DNA of 64,000 nucleotides from Octopus sinensis (Eukaryota). The notes under the pieces were generated by a model. The model searched no databases, had not been told where the DNA came from, and saw only the letters and a program-made list of their open reading frames with translations. A program made the translations under genes and the position numbers. The stretch lies in assembly GCF_006345805.1 (NCBI RefSeq), contig NC_042998.1, forward strand, positions 131,626,001-131,690,000, in the 5' to 3' direction. Positions 24,747-37,300 of the stretch are shown one piece after another (the stretch's first letter is position 1; each line of letters begins with the position of its first letter).

Positions 24747-25521
24747 TTGTATGTGTGTGTGTGTGTGTGTGTGGAGAGAGAGTGGAAGAGAAAGAGAGAA
24801 AGAAAGTAATGGATCGAAATATGGAGGTAAGTAGATGAAATAAGAACGCTGAAATTTGACCTAAGCTAAAAAAAAATGTACGAAATAAACAAAAGTAAGC
24901 CATATTTTGGTCTTTTTGTAAAACGAAAGTAAATCACTTTATACATTTCTTGGACGTTTTTGTTCAGTATATTAATATATGTGTATATACAGTCTGCAAA
25001 GATCATATGTATTGATGTGTATGTGTGTGTGCGTGCGTGTGTGTGTGCGTGTGTGTGTGTGTGTGCGTGCGTGTGTGTGTGCGTGCGTGTGTGTGTGTGA
25101 ATGTGTGTGTGTGTGTGTATGTGTGTGTGTAACCTGTGCCTTCAAGTCAATAGAGCTAATTATCTATTGATGGATATATGATTGTGATTCATTCATATTG
25201 AGTCAACGCGAGCCGTTTGCTGGCCATGCCGATAGGAGTACAGAGACATCAGACAAGGGATCTGGCTGTTCGTATCCTGGCAGTGGCGCGGCCTGCACGC
25301 AATATGTGCCATGTTCTATGTGGAGATTTTTTACTTGTCCTTTTTTTGCTTTGTTTTGCTTATGCTGGTTTATTATTTTTTTTATCTATTGAGTCAAGAT
25401 TGGATAAGGTAGTCCCCACCTGGTGTCACAAACTGCTGAAGAAAGGATCTATCGCAATGGCAGACTGTATGGTAAAGGAAATATATATGTAGTATTGTGT
25501 GTGTGTATACATAGATACCTT

Positions 25522-25570
<49 letters not shown>

Positions 25571-25587
25571 ATATATATATATATATA

Positions 25588-25664
<77 letters not shown>

Positions 25665-25686
25665 TATATATACATATATATATATA

Positions 25687-26340
25687 CTATCTGAATGACC
25701 CGGCGTTGCCCGGGGTTACTGCTGGTCTTATTCAGATTAGTAAGCAATAAGTAGAAAGATATTTTCTCATAATTATTTCAAAATATCTATATTTTATTTT
25801 AAAATATCCAAATTGTAATGATAATAGAATTTCGAACTGAAAGTTTGTCAATTTTGACGTGCCTCAGGGAAAACAATATCCATTGTGCAAGTTTTTGTTG
25901 GTGTCGAAATGAATAAATTGTTGCTGCTTCCAAGTGGCGAGCAAGCAACATAGAGGTGGTCGTGGGAGAAGCTTGTAGTTAAGACATCAAATGCAACTAC
26001 CTTGAGGGACTGACCTTGAGATTTGTTAAATGAAATACCAAAACTTAGATCATGGAGCGTCATAGAAGTAACAATTAAGCGATTCCCATTACACACACGT
26101 GAGATGGTTCAAGATTCCTAAGCAAAATAATGGGAGTACCCAGTTTTAGGGTCCTCTTATGTGTGTTAAGAAATTCAATCAGGTATTGATCAACCTGATC
26201 TTGATCGACTTCTGTCAATTGATCAAAAGGTCATTTCTGATGTATGTGTTAACTTTTGAAGAAGTTCGGGATTGAAATTATCAACCATTTCATAATTGGG
26301 GCCAATATGGTTCTTTCACATAGCCAGTTTACATCAGAGT
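25687..26340 (-). mobile_element. Helitron 3' end with degenerate PIF1-like helicase C-terminus
   Basis: WLCERTILAP, IEFLN, LKLGTPIILLRNL, CNGNRLIV, NKSQGQSLKVV, FSHDHLYVACS, IVFPEA*, then terminal hairpin ccgggcaacgccgg and ATAG/T (canonical CTAG/T). Confidence 0.9.
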
Positions 26341-26427
26341 AATTTATGGAAAGAAATCCCCATAAAACTCATCAATTTAGTAAAAATGAAGACGGCAAGT
26401 TGTTAAAATAAAGAGAATTTTAAATCA

Positions 26428-26550
26428 TGCAGACGATCGTTTCGTACAGAGATATGAAAATCAAGCAAATTCACGATCGAATTGAATTAGATTCGATTAA
26501 TTAAATAAATAAATAAATTATATATATATATCAATGTACTCTTCAGTGCA
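26428..26550 (-). ncRNA. Type I hammerhead ribozyme with long stem II insert
   Basis: UGCA-CUGAAGA-GUAC...(~88 nt)...GUAC-GAAA-CGAUCG-UC^UGCA. Confidence 0.8.
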
Positions 26551-27211
26551 AAAGTATAAGCAAAACTTACAATGAACTTGAGAAAGGAAATAGCAAAAGA
26601 ATAGAATATATAGGAAATTCATATTTATTCTTATGAGAAAGAGATGTGAGTCACGTTAGATATTAACTATAATTCAAATATAGGAATGCCTTTCCATTGG
26701 ACATTTCTAATACAATTTTTGCCCTACGCTAGTTATTTGGAGTTAAAACTTCTAATCCCCTTACTCATCTATAAAGATTTCTAATGTTGATTCTTCATAT
26801 TTTGCTGGTAGTTTACAGGCATAAATATATGATGTGAGATGAATTTATGAAAAGAAATATAATCCTAATCAAAGGTTAATGCAGGCCGATATAAATATGG
26901 TATGAAATGGCCCCGAACTAGAATCGTGATTTGATTCAGCATAGATAAACACACTTGATGAGTAGGGCCTTCCCAAATAGGCATACCCAGTCGCAGATGT
27001 AGGACCGTTTCCCTGGGTTATCATCAAGGCTCAGGAAGGCGACCATCTCTGATACCGCTTAACTTATATTTTCAAATAACTGTTATAGTTTTTAGTTGTA
27101 GTTAATATCTAACTTGACTCTCTTTCTCATAAAGATAAATATTGATCTCCTAGATTCTATTCTTTTGCCATTTCCTTTCTCAAGTTCATTGTCAGTTTTG
27201 TTTATACTTCC

Positions 27212-27330
27212 TGCACTGAAGAGTACATTGACATATATAATTAACTTATTTATTCAGTTAATTTAATCTAATTTAATTCAGTCATGAATTTGCATGATTT
27301 TTATATCGCTGTACGAAACGATCGTCTGTA
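27212..27330 (+). ncRNA. Type I hammerhead ribozyme, sister copy
   Basis: UGCA-CUGAAGA-GUAC...GUAC-GAAA-CGAUCG-UC^UGUA, with a G-U wobble in stem I. Confidence 0.8.
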
Positions 27331-27619
27331 TGAATTAAAATTCTCTTATATATTTTAATAACTTGTCTTCTCCATTTTTAACTAAACTGATGACTTTTAT
27401 GGGATTTCTTTCCATAAATTCACCTCACATCGTATATTTAGGCCAGTAAGCTACCAGCAAAATATGAAGAATCAACATTAGAAATCTTTTTTGGAAACCT
27501 CCAAATTAAAGAACGAATCTGCATTTAAACCTTTCCACACCTATATTACTACACACACACACACATACATATATATATATATTGTCCTGATGACTGCGAA
27601 TGCGAAACTTTGAGTCATA

Positions 27620-27965
27620 GTTTCAAAATTTGGCACAAGGTCACCAATTTTGGAGGCGGGATAAGTCGATTAAATCAACTCCAGTGCTCAACTAAGCCGC
27701 TAAGCATTTTGCTCGGCGCGCTAAAGATTATGCCATCTCGCCGGCATACCCACACAAAATTTGAGTTTCAAATTTTGGCACAAGGTCATTAATTTCGGGG
27801 GAGAGAGTAAATCATTTATATCGACCCCAGTACCTAATTGGTACTTATTTTATCGACACCGAGAAGATGAAAAGTAAAGTCTATCTTGGATGAATTTGAA
27901 CTCAGAACGTAAAGACGGACGAAATGCCGCTAAGCATTTTGCCCGGTGTGCTAACGATTCAGCCC
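27620..27965 (-). mobile_element. Two adjacent SINE family B fragments
   Basis: caaaatttggcacaagg...aagtcgat and gaatttgaactcagaacgt...gctaagcattttgcccggtgtgctaacg. Confidence 0.75.
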
Positions 27966-28685
27966 CACTTTGGGGCCTTATACGCACGCAAAATATTACC
28001 TTTGAATGAATAATGTTTATTCACTTTATCTAACAGCATTTAAGACACATTCGAAGGGGCAGTGAGATCAAATCAAGAACTACAGTGGTGCAAAGCCTGC
28101 GTTTTAACTATAGTTTAACTATAAGACTTCAAATTGCAAATAGCACTAGGGTTATCTCGTATTCGAAATTAATTATTCAGATTTGAAGGCGCGGGTTAAC
28201 TTTGCCTTTCATGAGGGTTAGAGTTTTAAAATTATTATTCATGAGCTGGTGTCAGTTCAGTAGATAAAATCTTTATATTAGGGGAGCAACAAAGTATACA
28301 TTATATTAAATATTTACCAAGAAACTGTATGAGTTTGACTACAAGAATCGGTAGCAGTTTGAATTATGCTCGATGCACGAAGACAATTTTTGCAGTTTAA
28401 TTCGAATGATGGCTTTACAGATGTGATGCTGAGTGAAAGCTGCCTTGTTTATAGGAAAGGGTGATTTCATTCAAGCATTGCAGCACAGCTACAAGTGAAC
28501 CATTGGGGAATTTTGCTTAGTAATAGTTAGTATAGGTCTGGTGAAACATCAACCACTCAGTACCATAGTTTACAGCAAGGGACCAGCTTAGTATAATACT
28601 GTATTGAATGGCGATCTGCTTGGAACTATGATAGAAATCAAGTTGTTAGACTCCTCAAAACAAGTTCACATTGGCCAATATAATA

Positions 28686-28865
28686 CTAATCAAAGGTTAA
28701 TACAGTCCGATATAAATATATGAAATGGTCCCGAACTAGAATCGTGATTTGATTCAGCATAGATGAACACACCTGATGAGTAGGTCCTTCCCAAATAGGC
28801 ATACCCAGTCGCAGATGTAGGAACGTGTCCTTGGGTTGTTACCAGGGCTCAAGAAGGCAACAATC
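28686..28865 (+). repeat. ~180-bp diverged direct repeat of 26865-27046
   Basis: ctaatcaaaggttaat...gaactagaatcgtgatttgattcagcatagat...aaataggcatacccagtcgcagatgtagga occurs in both. Confidence 0.85.
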
Positions 28866-30379
28866 AGGAATTTGCCGCCAACGTGCAGGTCTGGACTAGG
28901 AGCGTCTAGTTTCACCAAAACCTGCTCCTACCATCCTTACCCCATCGCTGTTGTGCTTTTGTAATAAGAAAAAAGGGGGAGTTCAATCAAAAAGAAACCA
29001 GCCAATGGCGTGATGTTCTATAGGGTGGAGATCTCTTGCCAAGAGAGTCTCCACGCACTATGGTCCAAAATCCTTCTGCCACAGCACTACCTGGAGTTAC
29101 ATGCAAGGTCCGAAAGATAGGTTGCAACGGAATGCCGCTAGCTCCAATGTCATTAGAGTTGCGTCTTTCTAGCCACTCCATCTGGCATTGCCCTCTTCAG
29201 TTGTTGAGTTCGGAGATCTAACTTCCTCTGCTTGATCCACCGTTGGGATCTTATTTTAATGTGGTAAAGGTCAAGGACAGCGCTCCTGTGCTCTTGTTTG
29301 AACAGATCTCATTTTTAGTTCTGATGGTTGCCCTCACACCCTCGTCCAAGATCCAGCAAGCTGAGCCAAGAGGGGGGCTGGTTTAGTCGCCGACGACCCG
29401 ACCATGACTGAGAGGAGCAGAGTATATGGTCACCCGCTGTCTGTAGGAAGAGACCTCAACACCACCTGATGCATACATAAATGTTATAAATATACAGCCC
29501 AACGATGAGACTAATCTCCAAAATACGAAAGGCAGGGAGATTTTAACTCAGAAGCGAAAAGCCATGACCCGAATACCGTAATGTTTTAGGTCCGATGCTC
29601 TAGCGGTTCTGCCAATTCAGCGCTCAAATAAAAATAATCTTAATAGCAATAAGTGGCCAACTCTAACCTGACAAACTATTTTAATGCTCATCATCACAGC
29701 AGACCCATAGCCATGCTTCTCTTCTCAAGCATTTTTTAAAAACTGCATCTACGTGTCTTTCTTTACATGATAGTAGGGTGGACTCTGGGGAAGAATTGGT
29801 TGCTAGTTCTGGCGGGTCGAAACACCAGGCAGAGGCTCTATGAGATAACAGGTATCGTGCCAAGTGCTTAAGAAGATGGCTTTACAGTTATACTCTCGGG
29901 AATTCGATTCAAACTACGTGGTACTTCAGACAATCTGATCGATTCAAGCCTTGTGAGAGAAACATGTTTGTCGAAAACTGTGCGAGTCGCATCAGATGGA
30001 CTCTGCTTCAAAGGGCCTGTCTTGTCATGCTCTATGCCGTGTTGGTTCTGCTTAATATTTACTTTAAGGTAAAATGCCTGTAAAATACTCAGTCACCCAT
30101 AGGGCAACACACTGAATTGTCCGCTCAGTTAATAGGTTGAACACACAGCGTCGAAATCGACAAAGGTTCTAGTCACGAATCGACGTTGATCCAGCATACT
30201 CATGAGGAAGGCACCCAGTCGTGACCATTCCAACAGTGTAGAATCACTCGGGACTACGTTGCCTAGTGTGTCATTTCTTTTCGCAAGTTGGGAGAGAATG
30301 TGGTTTGAAGGATATTTGGCGGTTACTTCTTGGAAAAAGAGCGACCATATCGGAATAAAAATGTTGTTGTTGATCGCAA

Positions 30380-32070
30380 TGATGAGCTGTATGTGGTACT
30401 GGTGGTGGTAGTGGTGTTCATGAAGATATTGTTTGAAATTGACTGGTTTCAGTAAGATGGTTCTGTGGTTACCGTTATCACTATCGTGCCACTGATATCC
30501 TAGTCAGATTGCTGTTGTTGTTGTTGGTGGTGGTGGTAGTATTGCAGGTTGGTGGTGTTGATAGCTGCAGTGGTCATGGTTGTCGTCACGGCCGTCGTCG
30601 CCCTGACTGCGATTCTGGCGGCTTCCTTTCGTACACTTCGTACACTTGTTGTTGATGATGATAGTGATGTTCCTTCTTGTTATCGCTGCGGTGCTGGAGA
30701 TGGTGGTTCAGGTGCAGGTGCTAGTGATAGTGATGGTGATGGTAGTGGTGTTGGTGCAGGAGGCTCATGATGTTTCGGGGATGATGTAGGGGATATTCTT
30801 TTTATTTTATTTTTTTTTTTGTGAGGTGGGAGGAAAGGCATTTTTACTTTTCTTGAATAGGCAGCGAGGTGTACAGAGGTAAGTAGGTCGGAAGTGGAAG
30901 TGGTGATGATGATAATGGGGGTGAGGTGGGGGCTGGATTTCGGTAAAGATGGTGGGATGACTGCACAGACAGATAGAAAAAGAGCGAGAGAGTGAGAAAG
31001 AGAGAGACATACAGAGAGAGAGAAGAGAGAGAGAGAGAGCGAGAGAGAGGGAGGGAGATGGGGCAACAAACACAGAACATTATCTCATCCACCACAAACG
31101 ACTTCCACGTAACCACCCACCCCAACCTTCAACTACACTCCGCCATTCCACTTACCTCGGCCTCTCCCCTGTGGAATTCTTCGATCAAAGAGCTGAGTCA
31201 GCAGTGTGCTGGCAGGAAATTGCATCAACATCATCTCACTAGTAGTAGCAGTAGTAGTAGTGGTGGTGGTGGTGTGGTGGTGGTGGTGGTGGTGGTGGTG
31301 GTGGTGGTGGTGGTGGTAGTTGTTGCTGTTGTGGCTGTTGTTGTAGTACAATGACTGTAATTTGCTGAACTAATCAAGGTTAAGGAGCGGGGCGCCGGAT
31401 TTCTAATAGCAGCAGGAGTGATGACGGTGATGCTGAGATAGTAGTAGTAGTAGGAGGAGGAGGAGGAGGAGGAGGGGGAGGGGGAGGAGGAGGAGGGGGA
31501 GGAGGGGGAGGGGGAGGAGGGGGAGGGGGAGGGGGAGGGGGGAGGAGGTGAAGGAGGAGGAGGGGGAGGAGGGGGAGGAGGGGGAGGAGGAGGAGGATTA
31601 GTAGTTGTAGTAGTAGTAGTGGTGGTGGTGCTGGTGGCGGTTTTACTTATGCTCAGATTGGTAGTGATGATATAGTAGTGGATAGATACGCTAACGGTGA
31701 TGATAATAATGATGACGATGATGGTGATCATGATCATGATTGTGGTGGTGGTGGTGTGGTGGTGGTGCTTGACGGCAACGATGATAAGGAGAAGGAAGAG
31801 GAGAAAAAGAATGATGATGATGATGATGATGATAACGATGATTTTGATGACGATGATGAAAACGAGGACAATGATGATGATGATGATGACGACGACGACG
31901 ACGACGATGATGATGATGACGACGACGACGACGACGACGACGATGATGATGAGGAGGAGGAGGAGGAGGAGGAGGAGGAAGATAATGAAAGTTATTATGT
32001 GACTACTAACAATTAAAGCAACAGAAAGTCTCGTTGTCATCGTCATCGTCACCGTTGTTGTTGTTGTTAT
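30380..32070. repeat. Compound trinucleotide low-complexity block (GGT, GAT, GAC, GTA, GAG/GGG)
   Basis: Direct reading. Includes a nearly pure G/A tract at ~31452-31598. Confidence 0.9.
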
Positions 32071-32576
32071 GTAAACCCAATTATCACTGATCGAGCAAAG
32101 TTACGGCATATAGGAGGTATCTGGATCTTCTCACATATAAGAATGATCCACGGCAGTAAGTTTCCAGGTCGTCATGCTGTAGATTACTATCATTAGGAGA
32201 TGCGGCGTGGCAATATGGCCATATTTACTTAAAAATTTCTATATCCAATCTCTTCCCGCATCGCTCTAAGGCCTACGTCGATCAGGGTTTACCATGTTTC
32301 ATAAATGGCCAGCAGTTATGTATGCCAATTCATTTCTGTAATTCAAGTCCTTTTTGGGTGTTATATGCCCCGTGGAGGCACACAAGGCTGTTGTCATGCA
32401 CTATATGTTGCGTACTCAGTCTGTCCAGGACATCACAATGGACATAAGTTAAAATAATAAACGAGTGAAGAAATATATATATAATATAATATATATATAT
32501 ATATAATAAATAAATAAAATATATGCATATATACATACATATATGTACATACTTACATTTACATGTATATATACAA

Positions 32577-32621
<45 letters not shown>

Positions 32622-33455
32622 TACAGGACACCACAAATAAAATAGTAGAACACAACGAGAAACGAAAACAAAATCAAACAAGGAAACGGACTTTTTTTAA
32701 TAACGAAAAAACAGAGTACAGGACAAACAATACGAGGAAAATTCCCCTTCATCAGTTGTCCCTGGTTCGGTTCAATGCGTGTTTCGAAGGTAAGGACAGA
32801 ACACGGCCAGTCGAAGCAGTCCTTCCTGCAAAAGGAATTAAATAAAATTCTTTTGCAGAGGGGTAAAACAGTTAACAAGAACAGGACGTAAAAGCAATAC
32901 AAATGAAGAAAAGACAGTAGAAAAAACAGTACAAATAAGGAATAACAGGACAGGGAACCAACAAAAAGGGTTTTTTTAGGCCTAGACGGTGGAAAAATTA
33001 GAACGCATGTGAAAAATCGGCTTGCGAAAGACAGGTAAGTCGGTCTATGCTTGTGGAAGGCACGGAGCTGAAAGAAAGCTTTTAGTAGCGCTCTGGTCAA
33101 CGAACCAGAGATAGGAGGAGAGGAGGAGGAGAGAGAGAAAGGAAGAAAAGAAACCAGAAAGGGTGAAAATAAGAAGGAGAGAGACAAGTAGAGAGGAAGA
33201 CAGACAGGCAGGGAGGAAAGGTGAAGTAAAGAGTAAGAGTGCGCGTCATGATTATTCAAATAAAAACTTACGAGGAGAAGAGAAACGAAGAGAAACGACG
33301 CGTGCGTTCGGTCATATAATAACAATATAATAAATAAATAAAATATATGCATATATACATATATGTACATACTTACATCTACATGTATATATACAAACAT
33401 ATATAAACAAATATACATATCTATAAATATATATAATATATATATATAATATATG

Positions 33456-33495
<40 letters not shown>

Positions 33496-33709
33496 ATATA
33501 TATATATAATTATATACATATAAATATATATATAATTATATATGCATAATTATATATATAGTGGGTGTGTTTATTTGGCAATAAATGAATAAATTATTAA
33601 ATAAATAAAATGACCATCCTGAAATACAACAATATCTGTTCAATACACGATTTCATATCAGGAATCTTGCAAAATGAATTGATATACGTATATATCATTA
33701 TATATATAT

Positions 33710-33750
<41 letters not shown>

Positions 33751-33758
33751 ATATATAT

Positions 33759-33803
<45 letters not shown>

Positions 33804-33873
33804 CATATTGAATAGGTACATTATAATGCTCACAGAGCATTAAAATTTTACTTTAGGAAAGGAGAAGTCAAAT

Positions 33874-33932
33874 TAATGTTACTACGTTTCAGTGAACGAA
33901 CCCCTAGATTTCCATTACTTCTTCAGACATTA
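33874..33932 (-). ncRNA. Type I hammerhead ribozyme
   Basis: UAAUGU-CUGAAGA-AGUAA...UUCACU-GAAA-CGUAG-UA^ACAUUA. 6-bp stem I and one mismatch in stem II. Confidence 0.7.
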
Positions 33933-34625
33933 TAATTTGATTCACAATCAACTTATGAAATGAACTTGTATTGCTTGATGGATTTTCTCCGTTTTATGGG
34001 CTTGCCTATCACCCAGAAAGATAGACATGTAAATATCTATTTTATAGATAAACTTCGGAAGTGTCGAATGTGTTGATTTTACAGGCAAGAAAGTAAATTT
34101 CGAACGCAGACTTTCTGTAAGAACAGGAGAGAATGATTGCGTATTTACCTTATAAGACGACAAAAAGTTGCAAGCAGGCGGTTAACTCTACACAGGATTT
34201 AAAGCAATTAATCAAATTAAAATTCCTCTGATATAAAATTCAACATATAGGTTTTTGTGTGTTAAGTATTTTAAAATCGAATACAGCCTTCATTAATTTT
34301 TATCGTTTCCATTCCTTCTTCTTACTGTTCCTTTTCAGGATAAATTCACCACAATATAATTCTTGTTTACCGAATTGTTAGACTTCGGAATATGCTAGTA
34401 GTCTGTCTAAATTGAACAGACATCATGAGAAATATAAATATTTTAAGTATCCAAACGATTTCTGTCATTATTGAAATCTACTTTTACAAATACAAACAAG
34501 CATAATCTACGGATGGAGTTTGAACTTCCGAGTGCTGCAAGAAATACTGCAAGCTATTCCGTCCAATGCTCAAACAATTTCGCCGTTTCACTGTTTTTCA
34601 CTGGCGTTTCATATTAATTTTTTTT

Positions 34626-35428
34626 ATTTCTTTATTGCCCACAAGGGGCTAAACATAGAGCGGACAAACAAGAACAGACAAAGGTATTAAGTCGATTACA
34701 TCGACCCCAGTGCGTAACTAGTACTTAATTTATCGACTCCGAAAGGATGAAAGGCATAGTCGACCTCGGCGGAATTTGAACTCAGAACGTAGCGGCAGAC
34801 GAAATACCTATTTCTATTTCTTCACTACCCACAAGGGGCTAAACACAGAGAGGACAAACAGGGACAGACAAACGGATTAAGTCGATTATATCGACTCCAG
34901 TGCGTAAGTGGTACTTATTTAATCGACCACGAAAGGATGAATGGCAAAGTTGACGTCGGCGGAATTTGAACTCAGAACGTAACGGCAAACGAAATACCTA
35001 TTTCTTTATTACCCACAAGGGGCTAAACATAGAGGGGACAAACAAGGACCGACATAGGTATTAAGTCGATTACATCGACTCCAGTGCGTAACTGGTACTT
35101 AATTTATCGACCCCGAAAGGATGAAAGGCATAGTCGACCTCGGCGGAATTGAACTCAGAACGTAAAGACAGACGAAATACATATTTCTTTACTACCCACA
35201 GAGAGGACAAACAGGAACAGACTAAACACAGAGAGGACAAACAGGAACAGACAAACGAATTAAGTCGATTATATCGACCCCAGTGCGTAACTGGTACTTA
35301 TTTAATCGACCCCGAAAGGATGAAAGGCAACGTCGACCTCGGCGAAATTTGAACTCAGAACGTAGCGGCAGACGAAATACGGCTAAGCATTTCGCCCGGC
35401 GTGCTAACGTTTCTGCCTGCTCGCCGCC
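34626..35428 (-). mobile_element. SINE family B tandem array: one full head plus four ~185-bp body/tail units
   Basis: Head ggcggcgagcaggcagaaacgttagcacgccgggcg at 35428. Units start at ~34626, 34810, 35000 and 35182, each joined by gaaataggtatttcgt. Confidence 0.9.
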
Positions 35429-35939
35429 ATATTAATAACTTCGTAAATGTGAAAAATAAACTTAACATAGGCAGGATTTGAATTCAAAGCACTGAGAGCC
35501 GCAACGAATACCGAATACTGCAAGGTAGTTTGCACTACATTCTAAGAGCTCTACCATTTCGCCACCTATAATTATAAAATAAAAACCGTAAAGGGAGAAT
35601 ACAAGTAATAGTCTCCGGTGGCATTATTTTACATAAGTTCCTACGAGGGTACTTTTAAACCTCACGGTACACTCTCTTGTCAGCTGATTACATTTGTGAT
35701 TTTACCACATTGCGTCTGCATCTACTTCTTTCTCAAATTATGTATGTATACAATAAATGTTCATCTGCTTTTTAACTGAACCTTTCGATCTCCACAAATA
35801 TCTCACCAATTTCACGGATAATTCGTCAAACCACTTAGCACATGCAGCTTCGGTCTACTTTCACAAAGCAATTATCTGTGAAGTAGATAATGGCAGAATT
35901 TGAAAGTGGTGGTGGGAGTGAGAGTGGGGTTTACTGTTC

Positions 35940-36624
35940 AGTGGTTAGTTACTGTTGAGAGGAGGATTCTGGGACGGTGGTGTTGATTTTGACAATGTAT
36001 GGGCAGATGTCGGTGGTGTGTGGCGGTGATATTAGTGATGGCCATGACGGGAGCGGTGAAGATGGTGGTGGTGGTGGTGGTGGTGGTGGTGGTGGTGGTG
36101 GCGGCAGTGGAGGTGATGGTTGTGGCAGCGATATTAGCGGTGGCGGCGACGGCGGTGGTGGTGGCGGCGGCGGTGGTAGTGGTGGTAATGGTGGTGGTTG
36201 TGGTGGTGGTGGTGGTGGTGGTGGTGGTGGTGGTAGTAGTAGTGGTGGTGGTGGTGGTAATGGTGGTGGTGGTGGTGGTAATGGTGGTGGTGGTGGTGGT
36301 TTTGGTGGTGGAGTTATCATAGTGAAGACGTGATGTCTGCGGTGGTCGTTGTGATTATGGTGAAACTGATGGTGACTGTGATGGCATTCGTGATGGTGAT
36401 GGATGTGTCGGTGGTGATGTCGCAGATAGTAGTAACACTGCCATTAGTGATGTTCTGTAACGTCGAAGTGCGGCAGAGTGTGTCACTCGTATAGAGATTA
36501 TGATAGTAAGGTCGGTAGCAGTAACTGTAAAAGAAGTGTGTTGTTTGTTATGCGGCGGCGTAGGAGGTGGTAGCGGGGGATGGGGAGGCAGTGATGATGA
36601 TGATGATGATGATGGTGGTGACGA

Positions 36625-36657
<33 letters not shown>

Positions 36658-37300
36658 CGACGATGATGATGATGATGATGATGATGTTGATGATAACGAC
36701 GACGACGAACACGATGATGATGACGATGATGATGATGATGATGGTGCTGGTGCTGGTGGTGCTGGTAATGATAATGATGATGATGATGATTGCAGTTATG
36801 GTATTGGGGGTAGCGGTAAAGATAACGATTGTATCTGCTTTGACAGTGTAGCGGTAGTGGTTGTGGTGGTGATGTTGTTGGTGTTGGTGGTGATCGATGG
36901 TGATGATGATGATGATGACGATGTTGACGATGATGATGACGACTGTACAGGTGGTTTGTGGCGGTAGTGGTGGTGGAGGTAATAAGGATAACAATGATTG
37001 TATCTGCTTTCAGAGGTGGTGGTCGTCGTCGTCGTCGTTTTGGTGGTGGTGATGGTGGTGGTGATGGTGGTGGTGGTGGTGGTGGTGGCGGTGGTGGTGG
37101 TGGTGGTGTGGTGGTGGTGGTGGTGTGGTGGTGGTGGTGGTGGTGGTGGTGTGTGGTGGTGGTGGTTGGTGGGTTGGGGGTGGTGGTGGTGGTGGTGGTG
37201 GCGGTGGTGGTGGTGGTGGTGGTGGAGATGTTGGTAATAATGGCGGTGGTTTTGTGGGGTGGACAGAACTGGTAGTGGCGGTGAGATACCTCCACTTACC
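35940..37300. repeat. Compound trinucleotide low-complexity block (GGT, GGC, GAT, GAC)
   Basis: Direct reading. Confidence 0.9.

Larger units (their letters stand above)
26340..27490 (+). mobile_element. Penelope-like remnant with inverted pLTR pieces
   Basis: 26340-26670 is the reverse complement of ~27090-27420, and 26780-26860 of ~27400-27490. A hammerhead lies in both main arms. Confidence 0.75.

Noticed and set aside
9296-29230. Other CTGATGA/CTGAAGA words at ~9298, 25437, 27386, 27586, 28773 and 29195
   Set aside because: No compatible GAAA, stem II or stem I pairing could be built. 27586 has stem III but no stem I.
32740-32830. Hammerhead-like words (minus strand ccttcgaaacacgc...ctgatgaagggg)
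   Set aside because: Order and pairing do not give a valid core; at best a decayed PLE repeat.
32330-33418. 362-aa minus-strand ORF
   Set aside because: F/L/S/Y-rich product of T-rich repeat sequence and microsatellites; no domain motif.
34626-35428. CRISPR-like or satellite reading of the regular array
   Set aside because: Units are ~185-bp SINE bodies with no unique spacers and no cas genes; eukaryotic context.
31231-37295. Pro, His, Gly or Asp-rich ORFs (31231-32052, 31678-32016, 35949-36333, 36498-37295)
   Set aside because: Open in several frames on both strands because of triplet repeats, with no splice or homology support.
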